Virus record (IMG/VR): IMGVR_UViG_3300025137_005045
DNA length: 64,000 nt
Origin: a virus
Lineage: Duplodnaviria > Caudoviricetes
Strand: one strand, 5' to 3'
The notes below the pieces were generated by a model. The model was not told the origin of the DNA and searched no databases. It saw nothing but the letters and a program-made list of their open reading frames with translations. A program made the translations under genes and the position numbers. The first letter of the stretch is position 1. Each line of letters begins with the position of its first letter. This document shows positions 9,250-18,487 of the stretch, one piece after another.

Positions 9250-9980
9250 AAAAATTACTAATAATACTATTACTATTCACAACAACATCATTTGCATATG
9301 ATCCTAAAAACTTTAATCCAGACTTATGGCCATACATACAAGAAAGAATGTTCGGTGTTAGACCAGTTGTTGTATTAGATGCTAACGATGAGTTGATGGT
9401 GTCAGGACCTATAAGAGCTTCAAGTGGAGCACAGGTTCCAGTAAATATAAAAATTAATACAGAACGTTTTGTAAAAATACATCTGATCATCGATTCTAAT
9501 CCAACACAGCTTGCGGCCACATTTAAATTAACTAAAAATACTCAGAACACAGAAATAACGACCCGTATCAGAATGGAAACAGATAGTTACGTTCGTGTGG
9601 TAGGAGAAACTATCCGTGGAGAGCTATACACACACAAGACAGGTATCAGAGCCAGTGGCGGCTGTTCGGGTTACATGGATGTACATGATCCAGAACTTAC
9701 TCGAGACTTAGGCAAGATATTATATAAAAAGAAAGACAATGCTCATACTACCAGGATTAAACATCCTATGTTTACTGGTTTACAAAAAGATTTAGAGTCA
9801 GGTGGTTATATACCATTATGGACTGTTAAAACTATTACATGGATCGACGATGAAAATAATATTATAATGCAAGCGGATACTTACATTTCAATTTCAAAAG
9901 ATCCATATATTAAATTTAAATACAATGGTGATGTTAAAATTGTTGCCGATGATACAAAAGGAAATTCATTTAAAAAATGA
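9246..9980 (+). CDS. secreted SoxY-SoxZ-like fusion (quinoprotein dehydrogenase-associated carrier type)
   Basis: Signal peptide; TRIRMETDSYVRVVGET...IRASGGCSG (SoxY GGC arm) followed by TRIKHPMFTGLQKD (SoxZ-like). Confidence 0.75.
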   Translation: MKKLLIILLLFTTTSFAYDPKNFNPDLWPYIQERMFGVRPVVVLDANDELMVSGPIRASSGAQVPVNIKINTERFVKIHLIIDSNPTQLAATFKLTKNTQNTEITTRIRMETDSYVRVVGETIRGELYTHKTGIRASGGCSGYMDVHDPELTRDLGKILYKKKDNAHTTRIKHPMFTGLQKDLESGGYIPLWTVKTITWIDDENNIIMQADTYISISKDPYIKFKYNGDVKIVADDTKGNSFKK

Positions 9981-11299
9981 GAGCAAGACAATTTATACGA
10001 GAGTACTCCAGAGAAAAAACTCAGCAGGTGCATGGCGAGAAAATCATACAAGCACTACAGAGAGATAAGCAACCTCGTGCCGATTTAGATATATGGAACT
10101 TGCATTCAAGTAGTGGCAGTTGGAAAGACATGCACCCAAATTCCAAACAAGAGTTGTTAAACAAGATATTTGCTCAAATTGAATCAGGAGATCCTAGTAA
10201 AAACAAAGAATACAGTCAATGGTTAGCACGTATGTATTCAAAAGGTGATACACCGCTAGAAGATATTAAAAGTAAGACACGAGACGATTTAGAAAAATAT
10301 ATAGCTCTCAAGTTAAGAAAGAAACTAAAGCCCGAACACAAAGATATTAATCAAATAAAAGCACCCATTAATCTATCACAGGCAATGGCTAACTACAGTG
10401 ATGAAGAACTAGAAGCACCTGTTACAGACAAAGGTAGCAGTCGTGAAATTTATCGTGACAGTGCAATTAGAGTTATAGTGCCTAAGGATACAGCGGCGGC
10501 TTGTTATTATGGTCAAGGGACTAAATGGTGTACTGCGGCACGCAGTAACAACATGTTTGATCAGTATCACAAGATGGGAGATATGTATATCATAATGCCT
10601 ACTAAACCCAAGTACGAAGGCGAAAAGTATCAGTTCCATTTCCAAAGTGGACAGTTTATGGACGAGCAAGATCGTGATGTAGATATGTATAAGGTACTAA
10701 GACAGTATCCTTCAATACGTAATATTAAAACAATAACTGATTGGGCTAAACGTAAAACGGTACCAGCACTAATGACTGATGAAGATTATGCTGAGTGGAA
10801 AGACGAAAGCAATACACAGATACTTAACAATCGTGTAATGTACGGTGATATGTATACCTTAAGTTTAAATCAACCAGGCACTTCAATGGATTCCTGGACA
10901 ATTAGTAGTAGTACTATTAAAATGTTAACTGAAAAAAGCATGATGAAAGAATCAGAATGGTCTCAGCTAGCAGGTACAGACTACATAGCCTATGGTTGGT
11001 TTGACACAACCAGTAATACTTGTTTGGGTGTAACATATGCTGAACTAGGTGAAGATCCTGGATTTGCAGTTCAGACCATTGATAATGATCAGTTTGAAGA
11101 GGCAGTCGGGTTAAATGTTGAACCCGAAGTTGTAAAGCTAGAAAAATTCTTAAAAGGTATGGTACGAATAGAAAATGAAGCAATGGGGGATGGTTTAGCT
11201 AAAGAACAGTATGACAAAGCAGTTAACCAACTGTTGGATAGTTATGGTTACCCAATGTCAGTAACAGGATATGTAGGTGGAGAGCCAGAGAGAGCATAA
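9977..11299 (+). CDS. WCTA-motif hypothetical protein, paralog 1
   Basis: Starts MRARQFIRE; core AACYYGQGTKWCTAA...EKYQFHFQSGQFMDEQD; acidic C-terminus. Confidence 0.75.
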   Translation: MRARQFIREYSREKTQQVHGEKIIQALQRDKQPRADLDIWNLHSSSGSWKDMHPNSKQELLNKIFAQIESGDPSKNKEYSQWLARMYSKGDTPLEDIKSKTRDDLEKYIALKLRKKLKPEHKDINQIKAPINLSQAMANYSDEELEAPVTDKGSSREIYRDSAIRVIVPKDTAAACYYGQGTKWCTAARSNNMFDQYHKMGDMYIIMPTKPKYEGEKYQFHFQSGQFMDEQDRDVDMYKVLRQYPSIRNIKTITDWAKRKTVPALMTDEDYAEWKDESNTQILNNRVMYGDMYTLSLNQPGTSMDSWTISSSTIKMLTEKSMMKESEWSQLAGTDYIAYGWFDTTSNTCLGVTYAELGEDPGFAVQTIDNDQFEEAVGLNVEPEVVKLEKFLKGMVRIENEAMGDGLAKEQYDKAVNQLLDSYGYPMSVTGYVGGEPERA

Positions 11300-12516
11300 T
11301 GAGAGCAAAACAATTTATAATAGAATACGATAGAACTAAAACTGCACAGGCATTTGCCGCAAAGCTAGTTAATACTGCTATGCAAGACAACACTGTTCCG
11401 GGTGCTGTTAGAAAAAATATACAGGATAACATGACTCCTGTAGAAGCCGCTGAGATGATACTTAAAAATCAAATTGAAGTGGGTGATCCTACCAAACAGA
11501 AAAAGTATTCACAAGCCCTAGCAAAGATGTATGCCAACGGTTTAATCAAATGGGAAGACATAGGTAGCACAATGCGTGACTACTTGACTAAGTTTGCTAC
11601 TCTGGCAGTTAAAAAATTACTTAAACCTGAACACTCAGACTTTAATAGATTTAAAGATTTAAAATCATTCTATGATGTAGTTGATCAATATGAAGAGCCC
11701 GAAGGCAAAGAAAAGAGATCAAAAGGTGATGCCAAGGAAGTTTACAGAGATGCGAATGTGCGTGTCATACAGCCCGAGGACATGAATGCCGCTTGCTACT
11801 ATGGACAGGGTACACGTTGGTGTACAGCCGCAGATAGTAATAATATGTTTGATAGATATAATCAAGATGGTGATATGTATATCATAATACCCACCAAAGC
11901 CACCCACGAAGGTGAGAAGTATCAGATACATCCTGCGTCAGGACAATACATGGACGAACAAGATCGTGATGTAGAAGCAGACGATTTAATAAAACGTTTT
12001 GGTCAAGACTTCAGAACATGGTGGTTAACTATAGACCCAGACCTAGGCGGACGTATAATATTTTTCCCTAATGAAGATGAACTTAGAAAAGCCTGTGAAG
12101 AAATTAAACAGATGAGTTTAGAATTCTTAAATGACGTTATGATAGATTGGGAAATGGATGATGAAACATATTATCAGTATCTTCAGGACGAGGGGTATGT
12201 TGATGAAGAAGGTGAGTACCAGGGTGATTATCCTTCATACACAGCATACAATGATTCTGCTGGTGCATATTATGGTAATGTTTACGGTGCCCTTGATATA
12301 ACTGTAGATGAAGTGCGTGAACTAGCTAGACAAATTGAAGAAGATGACGGACGTAATCAATACATAGGCGATTTAGAAAATGTGTTTAGTATTAGTGTAG
12401 AAAACGCAATAGATAGACAAGATGGATTACCAACTACAATATACAGACAGATACAAGTAACGCTTAAAAACGGTAAAATAACTGTAGAGTACATTCCACC
12501 ACCTAAAAAAGATTAA
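11299..12516 (+). CDS. WCTA-motif hypothetical protein, paralog 2
   Basis: Starts MRAKQFIIE; core AACYYGQGTRWCTAA...EKYQIHPASGQYMDEQD; different acidic C-terminus. Confidence 0.75.
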   Translation: MRAKQFIIEYDRTKTAQAFAAKLVNTAMQDNTVPGAVRKNIQDNMTPVEAAEMILKNQIEVGDPTKQKKYSQALAKMYANGLIKWEDIGSTMRDYLTKFATLAVKKLLKPEHSDFNRFKDLKSFYDVVDQYEEPEGKEKRSKGDAKEVYRDANVRVIQPEDMNAACYYGQGTRWCTAADSNNMFDRYNQDGDMYIIIPTKATHEGEKYQIHPASGQYMDEQDRDVEADDLIKRFGQDFRTWWLTIDPDLGGRIIFFPNEDELRKACEEIKQMSLEFLNDVMIDWEMDDETYYQYLQDEGYVDEEGEYQGDYPSYTAYNDSAGAYYGNVYGALDITVDEVRELARQIEEDDGRNQYIGDLENVFSISVENAIDRQDGLPTTIYRQIQVTLKNGKITVEYIPPPKKD

Positions 12517-12549
12517 TAAATATTAGTATATAATACTCGGGGGAGTAAA

Positions 12550-12873
12550 GTGGCAGAAGATAAAAAAGTTGCAGTCCAAGCAACAGAAAAAAAACAAACA
12601 AAAAAAGTTAATTTAGAACTAGAAGTAGATGCTACAGCAAAAGATCTAGGTGTTAGTCCTTATATAAATTGGGTACATATGGCTCGTGCTGTTGATGCAT
12701 GGAGAATATTTCCAAGATTATTCTTAACTGTTTACATCATCTTATTATATAAATGTGTAATTTGGTATATGGCATTGCCTTTACCTACAATGGAACAATC
12801 AGGTTTAATCAGTATTGTAGTTGGTGCTGGTGCGGCATGGTTTGGACTTTACACAGGTTCAAGCAAAAAATAG
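12550..12873 (+). CDS. small two-TM membrane protein (holin-like candidate)
   Basis: WRIFPRLFLTVYIILLY and GLISIVVGAGAAWFGLY hydrophobic segments; RBS ggggag; TAAATA at 12517. Confidence 0.6.
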   Translation: MAEDKKVAVQATEKKQTKKVNLELEVDATAKDLGVSPYINWVHMARAVDAWRIFPRLFLTVYIILLYKCVIWYMALPLPTMEQSGLISIVVGAGAAWFGLYTGSSKK

Positions 12874-12902
12874 AACACTCCTTCCTTAGGACCGTGTAGC
12901 TT

Positions 12903-12946
12903 TGCTCCTGGCTTTAATTATTAGGAACAATAATTTAAAAGGAGCA
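12903..12946. terminator. long imperfect hairpin between convergent genes
   Basis: TGCTCC(12903)/GGAGCA(12941) outer stem and AATTATT(12916)/AATAATT(12929) inner stem. Confidence 0.5.
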
Positions 12947-12950
12947 CTAC

Positions 12951-13946
12951 TCATTTCCAACCTAATTTATCAATACGATCTAAAATATTTTTACTGTACA
13001 TCTCGTGAGTAAGTGGACCAGGATGGAGATCATCTGTGCCAAAATCTAAAAAGTTCGAATCAAAATCTGTGCCTGATCTCCCATTTATCATTATAAAATT
13101 TTTCCTGGAAGATAACATAGCACTAATTTCTACGCTATTGTGTAGTCCTACTAATAGCAAATCTACGCCAATTTTATCACAAACATTTTCTACTCTGTAT
13201 ATTGCTGATAGTGCTTCAAAAGTCCAATGATCTTCTAATAGACTAATTTCGGGTATTATTTTATCAAATTCTTTATTAGATTGATAATATCCACTGTTTA
13301 TCATTTTAATTGATTTGTTACGATACCAATAAAATCTTTCTGTACCGGTTAACCCCCATATTATTTTGTCGCCTTTTTTTAAATCAGCTCTTAAAAGTTG
13401 ATCACTAGCATACGATATACTACTACCTCCCATTGCTAAATCTATTGCAGGGAGATTAAGGTGTTTGCATACAGACTTCCAATATACTTTATCTTTATCT
13501 ACTCCAACAGAAGCAGTTGTACTACATCCTGCTATCCATATATTTGAAGAATTAGAAACTCGACGTTGAGGAACTTCGGGCTTAAATTTGTAATTTTCTT
13601 CTGAAAAAGGAATATGTAAAGGTATGTTACTAGCATTAGAAGCTATTACAGAATAGTATAGAGAAAACCATGCCATGGAGTATTTTTTGTTTATAGTCTG
13701 TTTATCTGACCAAAGATCATTGGCATTTTCAGACGGAGGATGAAATATAATTTCTGAAGATTTGAATAAAAGATTTATAAAACTTTTTAAATCAACATAT
13801 CCGAGACTTACATATACAACTCCACGATGTGTATCATTTACATTATTGGAATCTATCAAATATGCATCACTGTCTATATTTTTCGCATATTTACTGAGAT
13901 ATTCAGTGGTATCACCGACTACTATTGTTAAATTTTTACTATACAC
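12951..13946 (-). CDS. SGNH/GDSL hydrolase-like protein
   Basis: IWIAGCSTT (block I), LAMGGSS (block II) and DDLHPG (block V). Confidence 0.6.
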   Translation of the reverse strand: MYSKNLTIVVGDTTEYLSKYAKNIDSDAYLIDSNNVNDTHRGVVYVSLGYVDLKSFINLLFKSSEIIFHPPSENANDLWSDKQTINKKYSMAWFSLYYSVIASNASNIPLHIPFSEENYKFKPEVPQRRVSNSSNIWIAGCSTTASVGVDKDKVYWKSVCKHLNLPAIDLAMGGSSISYASDQLLRADLKKGDKIIWGLTGTERFYWYRNKSIKMINSGYYQSNKEFDKIIPEISLLEDHWTFEALSAIYRVENVCDKIGVDLLLVGLHNSVEISAMLSSRKNFIMINGRSGTDFDSNFLDFGTDDLHPGPLTHEMYSKNILDRIDKLGWK

Positions 13947-15891
13947 AATGTAATTGTTTCATTTTTGTTTCTTTAGTGATAAATGCTTTACCGAAATTAC
14001 GTTTACGTCCATACCAAAAGTCTTGTAAGAAACGATCAAATGTCATATCTTTATTTTCACGGAAGTCAAACTTGACCATGGTGGTTGAATCCAATGGTTC
14101 CTCATTGACAATGTATCCAAAGAAGTCATAGTCAAATGTTTTTGCTAACGGATACTGCGTTAGTTTATCGTAGTTTAATACATATGTTCTATTGTAATCT
14201 AATAGTTGTGTCATTAACTTCTCAGGTAAGTCAAACGTTTTTCTAACAAATTGTTCTATTAGATCAAACACACGATCATGCTGATGATCTGCGTGCATGG
14301 TCATCGCTGTTCTGTGTATTAGATTCCAACCATGGATAGGAACTGTTCCACCAATTAACGGATGATTAATTCTACCTTTGTCTTTCCAATTATCGTAATA
14401 TTTTCTAATTTCATCTTCTTCTTTTTTAAACCAATCATCTTGCTGTAAGAAAGGTATAAGTTTTTCATAAAATTCAGAATAGTCAATACTTTGATGTTTA
14501 TGCAGGAATCTAGCTATCCAAGTTGTAAGTCCATTCATATGAAACGTGTTTATAAACCAATTGAATACTTGCGTGTCTACCATAATGTTTCTTGGCATTG
14601 TTCCTGTTGACATAACAACTTCCACTGATTCTGCTAGACTATCATAGTTATAACTACCACTCATATAATCATATATAGGAACAGCTTCTAGTTTGTTCAT
14701 TTTACGCTGTAGTAAATTCATTTCAGCATTTTCTAATAGCTGACACTGATGTATGGTAACACCTGTATGATTTCCTAAACGAAATAACGACCAAAGATTT
14801 TCTTTCCAGGTTTCCTGTGTTTCTCCAGGTAATCCTAATATAACTTCTGTGTCAACTGGTATACCATTCTTGTTACATAGATCAAATATTTCTGTAATAT
14901 TATGTTGTCCTAGATTTTTACGTTTAATATTTTCTAAAACATCTAAGTTCATTGATTGTACTGATACTGTTAAACCTTGATTAAAGGATCCAGCTTTGAA
15001 TAATTTTTGTACTATTTTATATACATCTGCTTTTTGATTTTTAGCCCAAGTCATGCTTACACCTTGAGGAAATTTATACTTGGATTGAACTTCTAGTATT
15101 TTATCTGCTATTTCATTGTCGCGATCACGGAACATACCAAAGTTAGCATCAGCAATAGTTATATAACCACATTTATTTTTACCTATCCATTCTATTTCGT
15201 CAAGCACACGACTGTATTCAAACTTTTTAACTTTACCATATGTTAGACTACCCCAATCACAGAATGTACATTGATACGGACAACCTCTATTAGTTTCGAT
15301 AGTGGCATTCCATTCTACTTTGCCCAATGTTTCTTTCATAAGTTTATCAAATACTCCTGTCAGATAAGGGCTAGGTACATCTTCGAGATCTTTTATTCTA
15401 GGAGCGTCTGGTGTTGCTACCCGTACTCCGTTTTTATTAAGTACAACACCGTTAATTTCTTCAAGGTCAGTGCCTTGATGTAATGCTACTAGTAAATTTC
15501 TAAATGTTATTTCACCTTCTCGAACTACAACAAGATCCATGAAAGGATAAGTTTCAAAAACATTTTTCTTTTCATGTGGTATTTCTGGACCACCAAAAAA
15601 TAGAAATACATCTGGATTAACTTCTTTTAGTCGACGAGCAAGAGCATATATGTAATTACGATTCCACACATATGTTGAAAATCCAACTACTTTGTTATCT
15701 TTTAGCTGTTCAACATATTCTTCTATATCACGTCTTTCCCATATTAACTGATCTAACTCGTAATTATCTTTAACAACATCATCCTGCTGTGCATAACTCC
15801 ATAGGATACCTGCACTATAGGGAAGATAGTGGGCATTAAGCTCTATAGGGCCTTGTTGAAAATTTGGTTGACACAGACTGACTTTTTTCAT
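13939..15891 (-). CDS. B12-binding radical SAM protein
   Basis: N-terminal cobalamin-binding-type domain (LPYSAGIL, FFGGPE, VVREGE); ETNRGCPYQCTFC; IADANFG. Confidence 0.88.
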   Translation of the reverse strand: MKKVSLCQPNFQQGPIELNAHYLPYSAGILWSYAQQDDVVKDNYELDQLIWERRDIEEYVEQLKDNKVVGFSTYVWNRNYIYALARRLKEVNPDVFLFFGGPEIPHEKKNVFETYPFMDLVVVREGEITFRNLLVALHQGTDLEEINGVVLNKNGVRVATPDAPRIKDLEDVPSPYLTGVFDKLMKETLGKVEWNATIETNRGCPYQCTFCDWGSLTYGKVKKFEYSRVLDEIEWIGKNKCGYITIADANFGMFRDRDNEIADKILEVQSKYKFPQGVSMTWAKNQKADVYKIVQKLFKAGSFNQGLTVSVQSMNLDVLENIKRKNLGQHNITEIFDLCNKNGIPVDTEVILGLPGETQETWKENLWSLFRLGNHTGVTIHQCQLLENAEMNLLQRKMNKLEAVPIYDYMSGSYNYDSLAESVEVVMSTGTMPRNIMVDTQVFNWFINTFHMNGLTTWIARFLHKHQSIDYSEFYEKLIPFLQQDDWFKKEEDEIRKYYDNWKDKGRINHPLIGGTVPIHGWNLIHRTAMTMHADHQHDRVFDLIEQFVRKTFDLPEKLMTQLLDYNRTYVLNYDKLTQYPLAKTFDYDFFGYIVNEEPLDSTTMVKFDFRENKDMTFDRFLQDFWYGRKRNFGKAFITKETKMKQLHCV

Positions 15892-15916
15892 AATTTAATT
15901 ATACTTGGTTAGCTAG

Positions 15917-15954
15917 TATTTAACAAGACCTAGCTTTATCAATATAAATATTTA
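15917..15954. promoter_or_regulatory. divergent late-type promoters
   Basis: TAAATA on the - strand at 15922-15917; TATAAATA on the + strand at 15943-15950, within the palindrome TAAATATTTA. Confidence 0.6.
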
Positions 15955-15955
15955 T

Positions 15956-16246
15956 ATGGAAGAAAAATTTATTAAAGTTCATTTTAACCTCAACGTTGCA
16001 CGTCTTAAAAAGCAAACAGCCGGATATCGATTATATGTTAACGATGAGCTATTTAACGAACGCACCTGGCGATGGGACACCTTTGTTTATCTAGAAGAAA
16101 TGTTACAAATCAAGGCAGTTCCTGGTAAATATAAAGTAACAATAGAAAAATATCATCCTAGCAAGGCAAGATTTGATATAAGCAATATGAGAGTTGAGCT
16201 AGGTAATGCTCGAATTATTGAAAACAATACTATAGAGATATTATAA
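15956..16246 (+). CDS. hypothetical protein
   Basis: 96 aa (YRLYVNDELFNERTW); TAAATA-N5-ATG start. Confidence 0.7.
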   Translation: MEEKFIKVHFNLNVARLKKQTAGYRLYVNDELFNERTWRWDTFVYLEEMLQIKAVPGKYKVTIEKYHPSKARFDISNMRVELGNARIIENNTIEIL

Positions 16247-16247
16247 A

Positions 16248-16436
16248 ATGAAAATATTTGAAATTATTAAAGAAACTGCATCAGCTGGTACGACCACTGC
16301 TGGAAATATCGCTAGTGTTGCTAACCCACATGTGACCAAATACAAAGGTCCAAAGCCTAAAAAACAAAAACCCACAGACAACGCTCTAGATATGAAGGGA
16401 ACTTCGATCTTTGGTGGCCCGCTCAAAAGAGTCTAA
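16248..16436 (+). CDS. small basic protein with capsid-targeting-like N-terminus
   Basis: MKIFEIIKE followed by TASAGTTTAGNIASV. Confidence 0.65.
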   Translation: MKIFEIIKETASAGTTTAGNIASVANPHVTKYKGPKPKKQKPTDNALDMKGTSIFGGPLKRV

Positions 16437-16485
16437 TACTTTTCCTTAGTGATAAATATACTTAACGAAAAGGTTTAGGTATATT

Positions 16486-16716
16486 ATGAACATCAATGAC
16501 TTTAATGAAGACCAATTGGACCACGAGGTTCAAATGGCAAAATCAGATCTATTAGAACTAGCTAAGAATGCAATGCAAACTTACAAATTACTAGCAGAAC
16601 ACTATAACGAAGAGCGTGGGCTACCAGGCTGGGTACAATCAAAAGTAACCAAAGCCGACGACTATATGAGATCAGTACGTAAGTATCTTGAACATAAAGA
16701 AGATCACATGCTATGA
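16486..16716 (+). CDS. hypothetical protein
   Basis: MNINDFNE N-terminus; LPGWVQSKVTKADDY motif; TAAATA at 16453. Confidence 0.7.
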   Translation: MNINDFNEDQLDHEVQMAKSDLLELAKNAMQTYKLLAEHYNEERGLPGWVQSKVTKADDYMRSVRKYLEHKEDHML

Positions 16717-17150
16717 TTGTAGAAGATTTAAAAGTATTGCTAGCAAGCTCATACAGCTACTCACTGAAAGCTCAATACTTTCATTGGAATGTGGAGGGAC
16801 GTAGCTTTTCACAATTGCATGAATTTTTTGGTGATGTGTATCATGAAGTATATGACAGCATTGACACCAATGCTGAATTAATAAGACAATTAGACAGTTA
16901 TGCTCCTGGAAGTTACAATCGTTTCAGAGAATTATCAACAGTTGCTGATCAAACTAAAGTACCTAGAGCAAGCATGATGATCGAAGAATTACTTGAAGAT
17001 ACTAACAAGATGTTAGACTTAACTAAACGTATGTTTACCGTAGCTGAACAAGAAAACGAGCAAGGTATAGCAGATTTTATAGCGGACCGTATAGATGCTT
17101 TCGCAAAACACGCATGGATGATGCGTAGCTTTTTAAAGGCAAGAGATTGA
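16713..17150 (+). CDS. dps: Dps / DNA-protecting ferritin
   Basis: HWNVEGRSFSQLHEFF and IDTNAELIRQL ferroxidase signatures; KHAWMM at the C-terminus. Confidence 0.92.
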   Translation: MIVEDLKVLLASSYSYSLKAQYFHWNVEGRSFSQLHEFFGDVYHEVYDSIDTNAELIRQLDSYAPGSYNRFRELSTVADQTKVPRASMMIEELLEDTNKMLDLTKRMFTVAEQENEQGIADFIADRIDAFAKHAWMMRSFLKARD

Positions 17151-17151
17151 T

Positions 17152-18474
17152 ATGATATTAAACAATTTATTTGAATCAAAATATGGGGCGGCGGCAGGCG
17201 TAGAAACAATACGTCAATTATTGCATGCTGTGAAAAATTCAAAGGACATAGATCTTAAAGTAGGTCCGGAAATGTTTCCGTTGACATACGGTGATGCACG
17301 ATACTTGCTACAATATTTTAAAGCAAACAGAGAAGGTGGTGATGCTACTGCTGAATACTTTGGTGATGCTAACTGGATTGAAGGTATGTTAGCTAAACGT
17401 GATCACGCCATGAGTCCAGATAGATTAAAAGACATGGATCAGGAGCGTATGAAATCAAAAGACTACGATCGTATGCTAGACATACAAGAAGGTGAAGTAA
17501 GAGATACACATTGTTCACCCAAGTGTTGTGGAGCAGATGTAAAGGCAGAAGACTGTGGTTGTGCACCAGACTGTTCACATTGTAATTGTAATAAAGAAGA
17601 ATTAGAAGAATATTCACTTCAAGCTACTAATCAACAAGACAGAGAAGCAAAAATGAAATCATTGCAAGCATTGCTTACTGATCCTAACACCTCAAAAGAT
17701 CCAGATTTAAAACGAGCAGTTATGCGTAGAATGGCACAACTATCAGAAGATCAGAAGTGGCCAGCAGAATACAAAGGTTGGAAGTATAGTGAAGACGTAG
17801 AGCAGTATGATGATGTTAGTAAAAAATTCCATTATGCTACTAAAGATGGCAAGCAAGTGCCAATTGATTGGTCACCATATTCAACCATGAGCGATACACA
17901 ATTTAAAACCTGGATTGACCTAGACATGCCAACACGTAAAGCAGTTAAGGGCATTGGTCCATTAGGTGCAACTGATCTAGAACAGTTAATGAAAACTAAA
18001 CTAGGTACTCGAGCAAGACTAGCCCAAGAAGACAAACCAATGGATATTGAATTAGATGTGTTAAAATACACACGAGATGACATTGCCAAGGCAATTGCTA
18101 TAGCAAGAGGAAGTAGTGGCGATATGACCGGTGCTACTGAGCGTATTGAAGCAATGGCAGACGGTTTATCAAATCATTCAGACGTGGCAAAAGTACTAAA
18201 AATTGCAAATGAACAAAAAGAAGATGATATCACTAAAAAATTAGATCCTAAAACTAAACTAGCACTTAAAAAAGCACAAATGAGAACTGCTGGTGTTACC
18301 AAAGGCGACCCAATAGCCGCACTGGCAATGGGTTTAGAAAAAGATGTTGATCGTTTGGATAAAGAAAATGATCAAGAAGAAGCTGATATTGCAGGTCAGG
18401 CACTAGTTGACAAGTATCACAATCAAGAGTTAGAACAACTTAAAAAAAGCCTAACCAATTTACTCAGAAAGTAA
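17152..18474 (+). CDS. modular acidic protein, putative internal head polyprotein with Cys-rich module
   Basis: MILNNLFE N-terminus; modules separated by xxE; HCSPKCCGADVKAEDCGCAPDCSHCNCN segment. Confidence 0.65.
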   Translation: MILNNLFESKYGAAAGVETIRQLLHAVKNSKDIDLKVGPEMFPLTYGDARYLLQYFKANREGGDATAEYFGDANWIEGMLAKRDHAMSPDRLKDMDQERMKSKDYDRMLDIQEGEVRDTHCSPKCCGADVKAEDCGCAPDCSHCNCNKEELEEYSLQATNQQDREAKMKSLQALLTDPNTSKDPDLKRAVMRRMAQLSEDQKWPAEYKGWKYSEDVEQYDDVSKKFHYATKDGKQVPIDWSPYSTMSDTQFKTWIDLDMPTRKAVKGIGPLGATDLEQLMKTKLGTRARLAQEDKPMDIELDVLKYTRDDIAKAIAIARGSSGDMTGATERIEAMADGLSNHSDVAKVLKIANEQKEDDITKKLDPKTKLALKKAQMRTAGVTKGDPIAALAMGLEKDVDRLDKENDQEEADIAGQALVDKYHNQELEQLKKSLTNLLRK

Positions 18475-18487
18475 CCTACGCCAATTA

